Positions 19,106 to 27,686 of a stretch of 64,000 bases of DNA are shown in pieces. Position 1 is the stretch's first letter. Each line of letters starts with the position of its first letter. The stretch is from Myxococcota bacterium (GTDB taxonomy: Bacteria > Myxococcota_A > UBA796 > JAFGLY01), in assembly GCA_024276675.1 (NCBI GenBank), contig JAJRWT010000046.1, positions 17,433-81,432 of the forward strand, in the 5' to 3' direction. The notes under the pieces were generated by a model. It was not told the origin of the DNA. It made no database searches and saw only the letters and a list, made by a program, of their open reading frames with translations. A program made the position numbers and the translations under genes.

Positions 19106-20818
19106 ATGCCGAGTTCCAGCAAGTACCTGTGTTTCATCGTATCCAGCGGTTTGACCGTGATGGTGGCCGCTGCCCTGCTGCATCCCCTGCTGCCCCACCT
19201 GACCACCTGGCACCTGCTGGGGGCCTTCCACGACAGCCACACCTGGGTCTTCCGGCACCTGTACGATATCCTGTCAGGCAGCCAACCCCTCTCCCTGGCC
19301 ACGGATGGGATCGGTTTCCCCGACAGGGTCGAGCTGCGCGCCATGGGGCTCTTTCCCGCGCTGCTGGCCCTGCCCTTCCAGCCCTGGATGGGCGCACTGG
19401 GCTCATACAACCTGGTGCTGCTCCTGAGCCCTGGCCTGGCTGCCCTGGCCGCGGCTCTGTTTTTCACCCGCGGCCTTGGCATGTCCCGCGGAGTTGCCAC
19501 CGGGGCTGCCCTGGCCTACGGTCTGTGCCCATTCGCCCTGGGCGCCATGGCCAGCGGGCAGGTGGCCAAGCTTCAACACTGGCTGTTGCCAGCATTTCTC
19601 TGGGCGATATCGGCCTCCATGCGCAGCCGCCGCGCGTGGGGCGGCCTCGCGGCCCTCGCTCTCCTGCTCCTGATGGCGTCGTTCACGGCTCCCTCGGTGG
19701 TGGTTTTCTTCCCCTTCGCCGGGCTCGTGTGGGTAACGGCCCTGCTGGCGGCGTCTCTGTTGCGGGCACCGGCTCCCGGACAGAAAAAGGCATGGAGGAG
19801 TGGGCTGCTCCGCATACTGGGGATTCTGTCGGTGGGCGGTCTTGCCCTGCTCCCCGCCCGCCAGTTCTACGGCGACCTCCGCAGCGGAAACGGACCCCAG
19901 GCATTCGAACCCCACGTAGTGCAACTGGATCCCAGCGCCAATCCAAGCCCGGTGGCAAGGCCAGAAACCATGCTCTGGCAAGAAGTGCCGGCAGAGCACG
20001 ATCCCCGGCAGGCCATCCACGTGAGCTACGTGGGCCTGCCCTTCATTCTTCTGGCGCTGCTGCTCTCCATCAAGCCCTTCCCCGGCAGGTGGCGCCTCTG
20101 GTCCCTGGTGGTGGTGGGAGCCTTGCTGGCCCTGGGACCCAGGCTGGTGGTTGGCGACTCGTTCTTCCTTGTGGGGGGGCGGACCCTGGCCCTGCCCCTG
20201 CGCTACCTGGAGCAACTGGGTTTTCCCACGGCTCGAACCGGCATGTACTACCGGGCCATCATCTTCTGCTCCCTGGGACTGTCGGGAATCCTGGGCTCGG
20301 CCCTGGATGCCCTGGGCTGGCGCCGCGCATGGATCCTGGCCTGGTTGCTGGGAGCGGCGCAGTTGGCCGACGGCATCCGCATCACCCGCTCCCTGTGGCC
20401 CAGGCCAGTGGAGCCCGTGCCCGCCGTGGATTTGTTGCGGGACATGGCCCGCGATCCCCGTCAAGGCGCGGTGTTGGAGCTTCCCCTGGAGTCCGGGACA
20501 TGGGAAGGCGGCCTGGGCATGCTCTCTGCCATCTACCACCAAAGGGCCACCACTTCTCTTCCGCGCCAATCCCGGCGCTACCTGCCCAGGGTGGCGAGAC
20601 TCATGGCCCTGTGGGAGAGAGTCGGCAGCAGCGACGACCGTGGGCGGGCCCAGCAGATGCTCCAGGATGCGGGCTTTCGCTTCGTGCTGTGGCGTCCCAA
20701 CGACCATGACAGGCGGGAAAAGCTGGAGTTGTACAGATCTGTCCTGGGCGTGCCCGTGGAGAGTGACGGGCTGCTGCTCTGGACCGTCGATGCGGCGAGG
20801 TGGGGCTCCAGCCACTGA
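19106..20818 (+). CDS. polytopic membrane protein, third GT-C-like paralog
   Basis: 570 aa, strongly hydrophobic over the first ~400 aa. Early loop FHDSHTWVFRHLYD. C-terminal soluble domain with FRFVLWRPND, compare FRYIVIHE and FRYMIVHE in the 2027 and 3874 genes. The overlapping 591-aa track ORF (18934) is an Arg/Pro/Gly-rich shadow frame. Confidence 0.6.
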   Translation: MPSSSKYLCFIVSSGLTVMVAAALLHPLLPHLTTWHLLGAFHDSHTWVFRHLYDILSGSQPLSLATDGIGFPDRVELRAMGLFPALLALPFQPWMGALGSYNLVLLLSPGLAALAAALFFTRGLGMSRGVATGAALAYGLCPFALGAMASGQVAKLQHWLLPAFLWAISASMRSRRAWGGLAALALLLLMASFTAPSVVVFFPFAGLVWVTALLAASLLRAPAPGQKKAWRSGLLRILGILSVGGLALLPARQFYGDLRSGNGPQAFEPHVVQLDPSANPSPVARPETMLWQEVPAEHDPRQAIHVSYVGLPFILLALLLSIKPFPGRWRLWSLVVVGALLALGPRLVVGDSFFLVGGRTLALPLRYLEQLGFPTARTGMYYRAIIFCSLGLSGILGSALDALGWRRAWILAWLLGAAQLADGIRITRSLWPRPVEPVPAVDLLRDMARDPRQGAVLELPLESGTWEGGLGMLSAIYHQRATTSLPRQSRRYLPRVARLMALWERVGSSDDRGRAQQMLQDAGFRFVLWRPNDHDRREKLELYRSVLGVPVESDGLLLWTVDAARWGSSH

Positions 20819-20894
20819 GTGGCACCAGGAACAGGTCGGGCGCTGGGGGGCCTTTTCCCCTGCCACCCGCCAGGCAGGGGGTGGGCGCGGGCCT

Positions 20895-21260
20895 TCAGAA
20901 GTCGTCGTCCAACAGGCGATCGAGCATCCTGCGATCCCGCTTGGTGGGGCGCCCCGAGCCCCGCTCCCGCCACACCGGCGGCTCTTCCCTGGGTGGGGGC
21001 GGAGGTGTGAGGTCGTCGAAGAGGACGGCAGCGGCGGTGGCGGAGGCCCTGCGTTGGGCCAGGGCCTTCACCAGCAACACGCGGAGGTGGCCGGCGGGCA
21101 CCAGCACCTCCACGCGGTCGCCGGGCGCCAACCTGGCGGAGGGCTTGGCCCGGATGCCGTTGATTTCGACGTGCCCGGCGTTGCAGGCCCCGGTCGCCTG
21201 CGAGCGGGTCTTGAAGCAGCGGGCAGCCCACAGCCACTTGTCGACGCGCACCTGTTCCAT
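20895..21260 (-). CDS. hslR: S4-domain RNA-binding protein (heat shock protein 15-like)
   Basis: MEQVRVDKWLWAARCFKTRSQATGACNAGHVEINGIRAKPS matches the S4/Hsp15 N-terminal pattern. Basic C-terminal tail. Confidence 0.8.
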   Translation of the reverse strand: MEQVRVDKWLWAARCFKTRSQATGACNAGHVEINGIRAKPSARLAPGDRVEVLVPAGHLRVLLVKALAQRRASATAAAVLFDDLTPPPPPREEPPVWRERGSGRPTKRDRRMLDRLLDDDF

Positions 21261-21416
21261 GTTCTACTCGTATGTCAGAGCGGGAAGCTGCACGAGCCCA
21301 TGGTTTCAAGCAGCCGCCCTGGGCTCGTTGGGGGCTGTACTTTCACGGCGTGAACGTGATAGCCTGGTGGATGCCTTGTATCCAGGCCAGGGACCACCAG
21401 CAGTGAAAGGAACCCC

Positions 21417-22541
21417 GTGTTGATCAGACCCCAGTTGCCTCGCTTCAGTCTCCTGGCCGCCCTGCTGCTCCTGCTTGCGTGGGTGGGACTGCCCTGCGAG
21501 CAGGCCCGGGCCGCCGAACCTTTCATCGCGTTCGAAAACGATGGCAGCGGAAACGCACCCGACTCCCGTTTCCAGTCGTGGCACGCCGAGTTGGAACCCT
21601 TTGGCAGCTACGGTGAAAGTTGGTTCTTCCTGGTGCAGGCCGACGACGGCGGAGTGCTCTTCGCACTTTCCTCCGTCACCAACCTGGGCCTGCGCACCTT
21701 CGACGGCAGCTACGACCTGGAATACTACGAACCCGACGGCACGGCCCACCGCGTCCACCAGGAGTGTCGCCGCGACCAGGTCAGGGGTTCCACCCAGAGC
21801 ATGGACATGTACGTGGGAGCCTCCCGTGTCTGGGGGGGCGGAAAAAGCTACCACATGAGCATCCAGGAAGGCGGCGTCGTGCTGGACCTGAACCTGGAAA
21901 ACGTCCTCTCTCCATACAAGTTCGGCGACGGCAAGGTCAGGTTCGGCGAAGATCTCAGCTCCGAGTGGACCCTGTCCCTGGATGCCCCCCGGGCCCGTTC
22001 CTCCGGCAGCTTGACCATCGACGGCAAGACCTTCGACCTGGCGGGCAACGCCTACCACGACCACGGCTGGGCCACCATCAAGCTTCCGGACTTCCTGCGC
22101 AAGTGGTTCACCTTGAGGATCTTCGACGAGAGCTACACCGTGGTGCTGCACCACCAGTACTTCACGGAGCGCTACGGCAAGGCCGACAACAAGTTCGGCC
22201 TGCTGGGGCGTGACGACCGCATCGTCGCCGCCACGCGGAACTTCCTCTTCACCCCCACCTCCTGGACCCGGCACAGTACCGGCAAGGATCTGCCGGCATC
22301 GGCGGAGCTGAGCATCAACGCGGGCGGCTACCAGGTACACGGGACCATCAGCGATCTTCGTCTGCTGGATGCCGTGGACGTCCTGGCCCAGTTGAGTTGG
22401 CCGGTACGAACCGCCATAAGGGCTTTCTACAGCGATGTCTGGCTCATTCGCCTCCTTGGTCGCTACGAGTTGGATGTGACCGATTCCACTGGCACCCGAC
22501 ACATCTCCGGCCAGGCCATCGTCGAAGCCAACTACTATTGA
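21417..22541 (+). CDS. secreted protein, unknown function
   Basis: GTG start after GAAAGGA. Signal peptide MLIRPQLPRFSLLAALLLLLAWVGLPCEQARA. The beta-rich sequence has a possible AttH/CrtC-like lipocalin flavour, which is not verifiable by eye. Confidence 0.6.
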   Translation: MLIRPQLPRFSLLAALLLLLAWVGLPCEQARAAEPFIAFENDGSGNAPDSRFQSWHAELEPFGSYGESWFFLVQADDGGVLFALSSVTNLGLRTFDGSYDLEYYEPDGTAHRVHQECRRDQVRGSTQSMDMYVGASRVWGGGKSYHMSIQEGGVVLDLNLENVLSPYKFGDGKVRFGEDLSSEWTLSLDAPRARSSGSLTIDGKTFDLAGNAYHDHGWATIKLPDFLRKWFTLRIFDESYTVVLHHQYFTERYGKADNKFGLLGRDDRIVAATRNFLFTPTSWTRHSTGKDLPASAELSINAGGYQVHGTISDLRLLDAVDVLAQLSWPVRTAIRAFYSDVWLIRLLGRYELDVTDSTGTRHISGQAIVEANYY

Positions 22542-22555
22542 TCCTGGCAGCCTTC

Positions 22556-24967
22556 ATGAGTCTTCTTCCCGACGCCTGGCCAATCGCCACCAGCAGCTCA
22601 TTCGCCGTGGGTGCCCGGGCTCGGCTCCTGCTCCTGGCTCTTGCCATCTCCTGCCAGACGGCAAAAGAAGATACCGTGGGCGCACCCAGCCTGCTGCCCG
22701 AAATAGACAGCTTGAGCATCGGGCCGCTGACATACCTGGACAGCAGGAGCGGTTCGGGCCTGGCATCCACCCAAGTCACCAACAATGGCAACAGCACGCT
22801 GCGTCTGCTGGAGTCCAACTTTGAAGGGGATGGTTCCAGCAAGATCGCCTTGCTGGAAAAACCCAACCCCGGTACCGACATCCCCCCCGGAGAAACCTTC
22901 CTCATCAAGGTGGGCGTGACCTCCAGCCTTGGGCAATGGTCCAGCAAGGTCTTCGAGCCCGAGCTGGTGATGGAGCTGGAGGTCATGAACGAGTTTTCCG
23001 CCGGTTGTGCCGGGACGACCCTGGAACCCAGCGGTCAATTCTACGAGCTGCGCATACCCATAGTGATGGACCTCGTCTGCGACATAGACGGCGATGGCCA
23101 GGACGCCTCGGAGTGTGGAGACGGTGATTGCGACGATACCGACCCGCAGATCAACGGCTATTCGCCAGAACTCTGCGACGGAATCGACAACGACTGTGAC
23201 GGCCATGTGGACAACGACGCCTGGGACGCCTCCCTTTGGTACAGCGACCAGGACTCCGACGGCTATGGCGACCCGGAACAGGCGATCCTGGACTGCCAGC
23301 ATGTGACCGGCCGCGTGGATGTTTCAGGTGACTGCGACGACTCCGATGCCAAGGTCAACCCCGATGCCACGGAACTCTGCGACGGAATCGACAACGACTG
23401 CGACTCCGAGATCGACGAAGCCGACGCCGCCGATGCAATCACCTGGTTCGCCGACGAGGACTCCGACGGCTACGGCAATCCTCACTCAACCACCACGGCC
23501 TGTGAGCCTCCATGGGGATTCGTTGAAGACGACCTGGACTGCGACGACGGGGATCCGCAGGTGAACCCCGACGCATTCGAGCTGAACGACGGCACCGACA
23601 ACAACTGCGATGGCGACCTGGACTTCATACGCCTCCCCAGGGCCGATGCCTCCATGCTGGGCGTCTCTCCAGGCGATGCCACCGGCAGGAGCGTATCTTT
23701 TGCTGGCGACCTGGACGGCGATGGGCTGGACGACATCCTGCTGGGCGCTCCAGGACTGTCCGGCAGGGGCGGGGCCTACCTGGTGGCGGGAACCTCGTGC
23801 GACGGCAGCGATGAGCTGTGCGGCGAACCCTTCGACCTGCCGGATTCAAGGGCGGTGTTCTCCGGCGCCGACGAGGGGGATCTATGTGCCGCGGCCCTGT
23901 CCTCCGCCGGTGATGCCGACGGCGACGGCCTGGACGACGTGCTCATCGGAGCACCTGGCGCAGATCTCGGGGGCTTGGATTCAGGGGCGGTCTACCTGCT
24001 GTACGGACCTCTGAGCGGCTCCATCGGACCGGCAGAGGCTTCCACGACGTTCTGGGGTGAAGAAGCGGGAGATGGAGCGGGCTCCGCCGTTGTCGGCGCC
24101 GGCGACCTGGACCTGGACGGGCGGGCTGACCTGTTGATGGGCGCCCCGAGAGCCAGCGGCGGGGCTCGCGCCGGTGGAGCCGTCTACCTGTTTCTGGGTT
24201 CCGGGCCGGGCGACGTGTCCCTGGGGGGAGCCGACGCTCTCCTGCTGGGCGATGCCCGGGGCGGCATGGCCGGCTTCAGCCTGGCGGCGGGCTTTGACGT
24301 GGACGGCGATGGCCTGGATGATTTCCTCGTGGGAGCACCGGGCGATGGCTTGACCGCTTCGCAGGCGGGTGCCGCCTACCTCGTGCCTGGCCCCCTGCCC
24401 CCTTGGTCAACGCTGGCCGATGCTGGAACCCGCATCCTGGGAGAGCAGGAGGGGGACAACGCTGGTTGGAGCGTTGCCGGCGCCGGCGACATCGATGGCG
24501 ATGGCCACGACGACCTGTTGATCGGAGCCCCCCAGGCCGAACCCGGGGGCGTCGCCTACCTGGTGCCTGGCAGCGTCGAACTTCCCTACCTTTTCAGGCG
24601 CCGCCTGTCGGGTGTGGGGATCCGCCTGGAAGGCGAGTCGGATGGAGACCAGGCGGGTTGGTCGGTTGATGGTGCCGGCGACCTGGACGCCGATGGATTC
24701 AACGACCTGGTGATCGCTGCACCCGGTCATGATCGGGAAGCCTACGATGCCGGTGCTGTCTACGTGCTGTTGGGGCCTGTTTCCGGCACCCTGGGCCTGG
24801 GGCTGGCCGACGTGGTACTCCTTGGCGACAGTGACGGCGATGCCGCCGGCTCCGATGTCGCCGGCTGGGGCGACCTGAACGGCGATGCGTCGCCGGATCT
24901 TCTACTGGGTGCCTCCGCCGATGTCGCCGGAAGCTCCGGTGCCGCCTATCTGCTGCTGGGTTGGTAG
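22556..24967 (+). CDS. FG-GAP repeat protein with three MopE-like metal-binding motifs
   Basis: ATG 22556. Three DCDDxDxxxNPxAxExCDGxDNDCD motifs, then many FG-GAP units (GDLDGDGLDDILLGAP, GDADGDGLDDVLIGAP, GDIDGDGHDDLLIGAP and others). Confidence 0.8.
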   Translation: MSLLPDAWPIATSSSFAVGARARLLLLALAISCQTAKEDTVGAPSLLPEIDSLSIGPLTYLDSRSGSGLASTQVTNNGNSTLRLLESNFEGDGSSKIALLEKPNPGTDIPPGETFLIKVGVTSSLGQWSSKVFEPELVMELEVMNEFSAGCAGTTLEPSGQFYELRIPIVMDLVCDIDGDGQDASECGDGDCDDTDPQINGYSPELCDGIDNDCDGHVDNDAWDASLWYSDQDSDGYGDPEQAILDCQHVTGRVDVSGDCDDSDAKVNPDATELCDGIDNDCDSEIDEADAADAITWFADEDSDGYGNPHSTTTACEPPWGFVEDDLDCDDGDPQVNPDAFELNDGTDNNCDGDLDFIRLPRADASMLGVSPGDATGRSVSFAGDLDGDGLDDILLGAPGLSGRGGAYLVAGTSCDGSDELCGEPFDLPDSRAVFSGADEGDLCAAALSSAGDADGDGLDDVLIGAPGADLGGLDSGAVYLLYGPLSGSIGPAEASTTFWGEEAGDGAGSAVVGAGDLDLDGRADLLMGAPRASGGARAGGAVYLFLGSGPGDVSLGGADALLLGDARGGMAGFSLAAGFDVDGDGLDDFLVGAPGDGLTASQAGAAYLVPGPLPPWSTLADAGTRILGEQEGDNAGWSVAGAGDIDGDGHDDLLIGAPQAEPGGVAYLVPGSVELPYLFRRRLSGVGIRLEGESDGDQAGWSVDGAGDLDADGFNDLVIAAPGHDREAYDAGAVYVLLGPVSGTLGLGLADVVLLGDSDGDAAGSDVAGWGDLNGDASPDLLLGASADVAGSSGAAYLLLGW

Positions 24968-24993
24968 ATGGTAGAACCCGGCGTTCTTCAGGG

Positions 24994-26052
24994 TCATCGC
25001 CCACAAGCACCGGAGATCCTGATGGTGCCGGGGGGGCCTTCCATGACCTGGCCCACCAGGGTGGCATGGACCCCGGTGGCCTGGCAGCGGCGCAGGTATT
25101 CATGGGAGTCGGATGGGTCCACGGATACCAGCAGACCGCCGGATGTCTGGGGATCGCAGAGTATGTGAAGGGTGGTTGGGTCCAGATCCTGCAAGTTCGC
25201 CCTGTGTTCGACCCAGCGCCGGTTGGACGCCATGCCCGCGAAGTCGGACGCCAGTCTTGCCGCTTCCAGGGCTCCGTCCAGTAGTGGTATGGCGTCGGCG
25301 TCGATGCACAGAGCAACCCCGCTTGCCTTTGCCATCTCCATCCCGTGGCCCAGGAACCCAAAACCGGTGATGTCGGTGAGAGCGTGAACGCCCAGCCCCT
25401 GGCAGGCCTGGGCAGCGGCCCGGTTGGTCTGCACCATGGAAGCCAGCATGGCGCGACGGGGGGCTGGTGGGAGAAGTCTTCGCTTGAGAGCCGTGGCCAT
25501 GACGCCGGTCCCCAGTGGCTTGGTGAGCAGCAGTCGGTCGCCGGGCCTGGCATGGGAGTTGGTGAGGATGTGGTGGGGATGTACCAACCCGGTGACGGCG
25601 AGCCCGTATGTGAACTCCGGCCCCTTGACCGTATGGCCTCCCAGGGGCGTCACGGCGTCTTGTGCCAGCACCTTCATTCCCCCGGCAAAGGTACGGGAGA
25701 GAGTGTGCAAGGACAGGCCGGTGGCGGGAAAAGCGCAGACGGCCAGGGCCGTGATGGGGCGGGCTCCCATGGCGTAGATGTCGGAGAGGGCGTTGGCCGC
25801 TGCCACCTGGCCGAAGTCGAAGGGGTCGTCCACCACGGGGGTGAAGAAGTCCACGGACTGGACAAGGGCGACTTCGTCGTTGAGACGCCAGACACCGGCG
25901 TCGTCGAACGTACCACCGCCCACCAGCAGGCGCGGGTCTTGCGCCTGCGGAAGCGTGTCGAGCACTGCGTGCAGGTCCCCCGGACCCAGCTTCGACGCTC
26001 AACCAGAGCAACTCACGAGTTGGGTGAGCTTTTCGATATCTTCTCTCGTCAT
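24994..26052 (-). CDS. selD: selenide, water dikinase (selenophosphate synthetase), selenocysteine-containing form
   Basis: Track ORFs 24994-25965 and 25999-26343 belong to one gene: MTREDIEKLTQLVSCSG-[TGA 25999-26001]-ASKLGPGDLHAVLDTLPQ. The TGA aligns with Cys17 of E. coli SelD (GAGCGCK), and the Lys three residues later is kept. SelD motifs DDAGV, VDFFTP and ANALSDIYAMG follow. Confidence 0.9.
25957..25996 (-). promoter_or_regulatory. candidate bacterial SECIS stem-loop downstream of the selD UGA
   Basis: On the minus strand, 2 nt after TGA: GTCGA-A-GC...GCTCGAC forms a 7-bp outer stem with one bulge. It encloses GGTCC-GGG-GGACC, a 5-bp apical stem with a G-rich loop. The fold was done by eye only. 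Confidence 0.5.
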
Positions 26053-26181
26053 GGTGGCTTTGTTGTTAATCAGTTCAATTGCCGCGTCAAGGCGGCGTGA
26101 TCCCCGGGCTGGGAACGAAAAGGTCGCAGCGGCAACCCATTCAGGACAGCGATAATTGCTTTTCTTCCAGGAGTACCAGAG

Positions 26182-27630
26182 ATGCAGGCCATTATCATGG
26201 GGGCAGGACCGGCGGGGCTCACGGCAGCCTATAGCCTGGCCAGGCGCGGCCACGCCAGCATTACCCTGGAGGCGGCCGAAGCCGTGGGTGGCATCTGCCG
26301 CACCATCACCCACGAAGGCTACCATTTTGACCTTGGTGGGCATAGGTTCTTCACCAAGTTCGACGAGGTACGGGACCTGTGGTACGAGATCCTGGGCGAC
26401 GACCTGCTCCTTCGACCCCGAATGTCACGTATCTACTACAGGGGCAGGTTTTTCGACTATCCCCTGAAGGCCTCCAACGCCCTGACCAACCTGGGTGTCC
26501 TGGAATCGGTTCGTTGCACCGCTTCCTATGCCCGGGCCAGGCTGCGACCCCGAGGAACGGAGCGCAACTTCGAAGAGTGGGTATCCAATCGCTTCGGCGA
26601 CAGGCTCTTCCAGATCTTCTTCAAGACCTACACGGAAAAGGTCTGGGGCATTCCGTGCAGCAGTATCGGTGCCGAGTGGGCATCCCAACGAATCAAAGAC
26701 ATGGAATTGAGCACCGTGCTCAGGAACACCCTGCTGAACACTCCGCTATCCAAGGCTTTCAAGAGCCTTGGCCCCAACAACGAGACCAAGCAGGTCTCAT
26801 CGCTCATCGAGCAGTTTCTCTATCCCCGCACCGGGCCGGGGCTCATGTTCGACACCCTGCGAGACAAGGCAGAAGCCCTGGGCGCCAGGATCTTGACCCA
26901 GCACAGGGTCACCCGCTTGGAACATGACGGGCAGCGCGTGTTGGCCGCGCGGGTGCCCGGGCCTGATGGCTCCCAGGATGAGCAACGCTTCGAAGGCAGC
27001 CATTTCCTGTCCTCAATGCCGCTCACGGAGCTTGTCTTGTCGTTGGACCCCCCCGCGCCAGGTTCCGTACGGGCCGCTGCCCGCGCCCTGCGCTTCCGGA
27101 ACCTGATCACAGTGGATATCATCGTCGATCATCCCAATCTCCTCCCCGACACGTGGATCTACGTCCACGATCCAACCCTTCGGCTGGGAAGGATACAGGT
27201 GTTCAAGAACTGGTCTCCATACATGGTGCCGGATCAATCCAGGTCATCCCTGGGGCTGGAGTATTTCTGCTTCTCCGATGATCCCCTCTGGTCCATGAGC
27301 AACCGGGATCTGCTGGCCATGGGAACAGGAGAGATCCGCCGAACCGGCCTGCTCCGCGGAGCCCCGGTGCTCGGTGGCACAGTGGTCCGGGTGCCGGGCG
27401 CCTACCCCGTCTACGAAATGGGCTACAGGTCCCACCTGGATACAATCAGGAGCTACCTGGGCCGTTTCCGGAACCTACAGGCCATGGGTCGTGGGGGAAT
27501 GTTCAAGTACAACAACGCGGATCACTCCATGCTGACGGCTCTTCTGGCAGCCGAGAACCTGTACGGAGCCGGGCACGACATCTGGCGAGTCAACACCGAC
27601 AGCTCCTACCACGAGATTCGTCGAGACTGA
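26182..27630 (+). CDS. FAD/NAD(P)-binding oxidoreductase (amine-oxidase / UDP-galactopyranose-mutase-like fold)
   Basis: AGGAG RBS. N-terminus MQAIIMGAGPAGLTAAYSLARRGHASITLEAAEAVGG is the GxGxxG dinucleotide-binding fold. Paralog of the gene at 45489. Confidence 0.7.
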   Translation: MQAIIMGAGPAGLTAAYSLARRGHASITLEAAEAVGGICRTITHEGYHFDLGGHRFFTKFDEVRDLWYEILGDDLLLRPRMSRIYYRGRFFDYPLKASNALTNLGVLESVRCTASYARARLRPRGTERNFEEWVSNRFGDRLFQIFFKTYTEKVWGIPCSSIGAEWASQRIKDMELSTVLRNTLLNTPLSKAFKSLGPNNETKQVSSLIEQFLYPRTGPGLMFDTLRDKAEALGARILTQHRVTRLEHDGQRVLAARVPGPDGSQDEQRFEGSHFLSSMPLTELVLSLDPPAPGSVRAAARALRFRNLITVDIIVDHPNLLPDTWIYVHDPTLRLGRIQVFKNWSPYMVPDQSRSSLGLEYFCFSDDPLWSMSNRDLLAMGTGEIRRTGLLRGAPVLGGTVVRVPGAYPVYEMGYRSHLDTIRSYLGRFRNLQAMGRGGMFKYNNADHSMLTALLAAENLYGAGHDIWRVNTDSSYHEIRRD

Positions 27631-27686
27631 CATCCGGCACTTGAGCTATCATTGCTCTGCACCAGGAGCCACGCCGGTATTCCAGC

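Noticed and set aside
18934-20866. 591-aa plus ORF (18934-20709) and 487-aa minus ORF (19403-20866)
   Set aside because: Both are Arg/Pro/Gly-rich translations typical of wrong frames in high-GC DNA. The 19106-20818 frame gives a coherent polytopic membrane protein that is paralogous to two other genes in the window.
21306-22502. 398-aa minus ORF opposite the 21417-22541 gene
   Set aside because: It has no signal or motif and is a Gly/Val/Ala-rich shadow. The plus frame has an RBS and a signal peptide.
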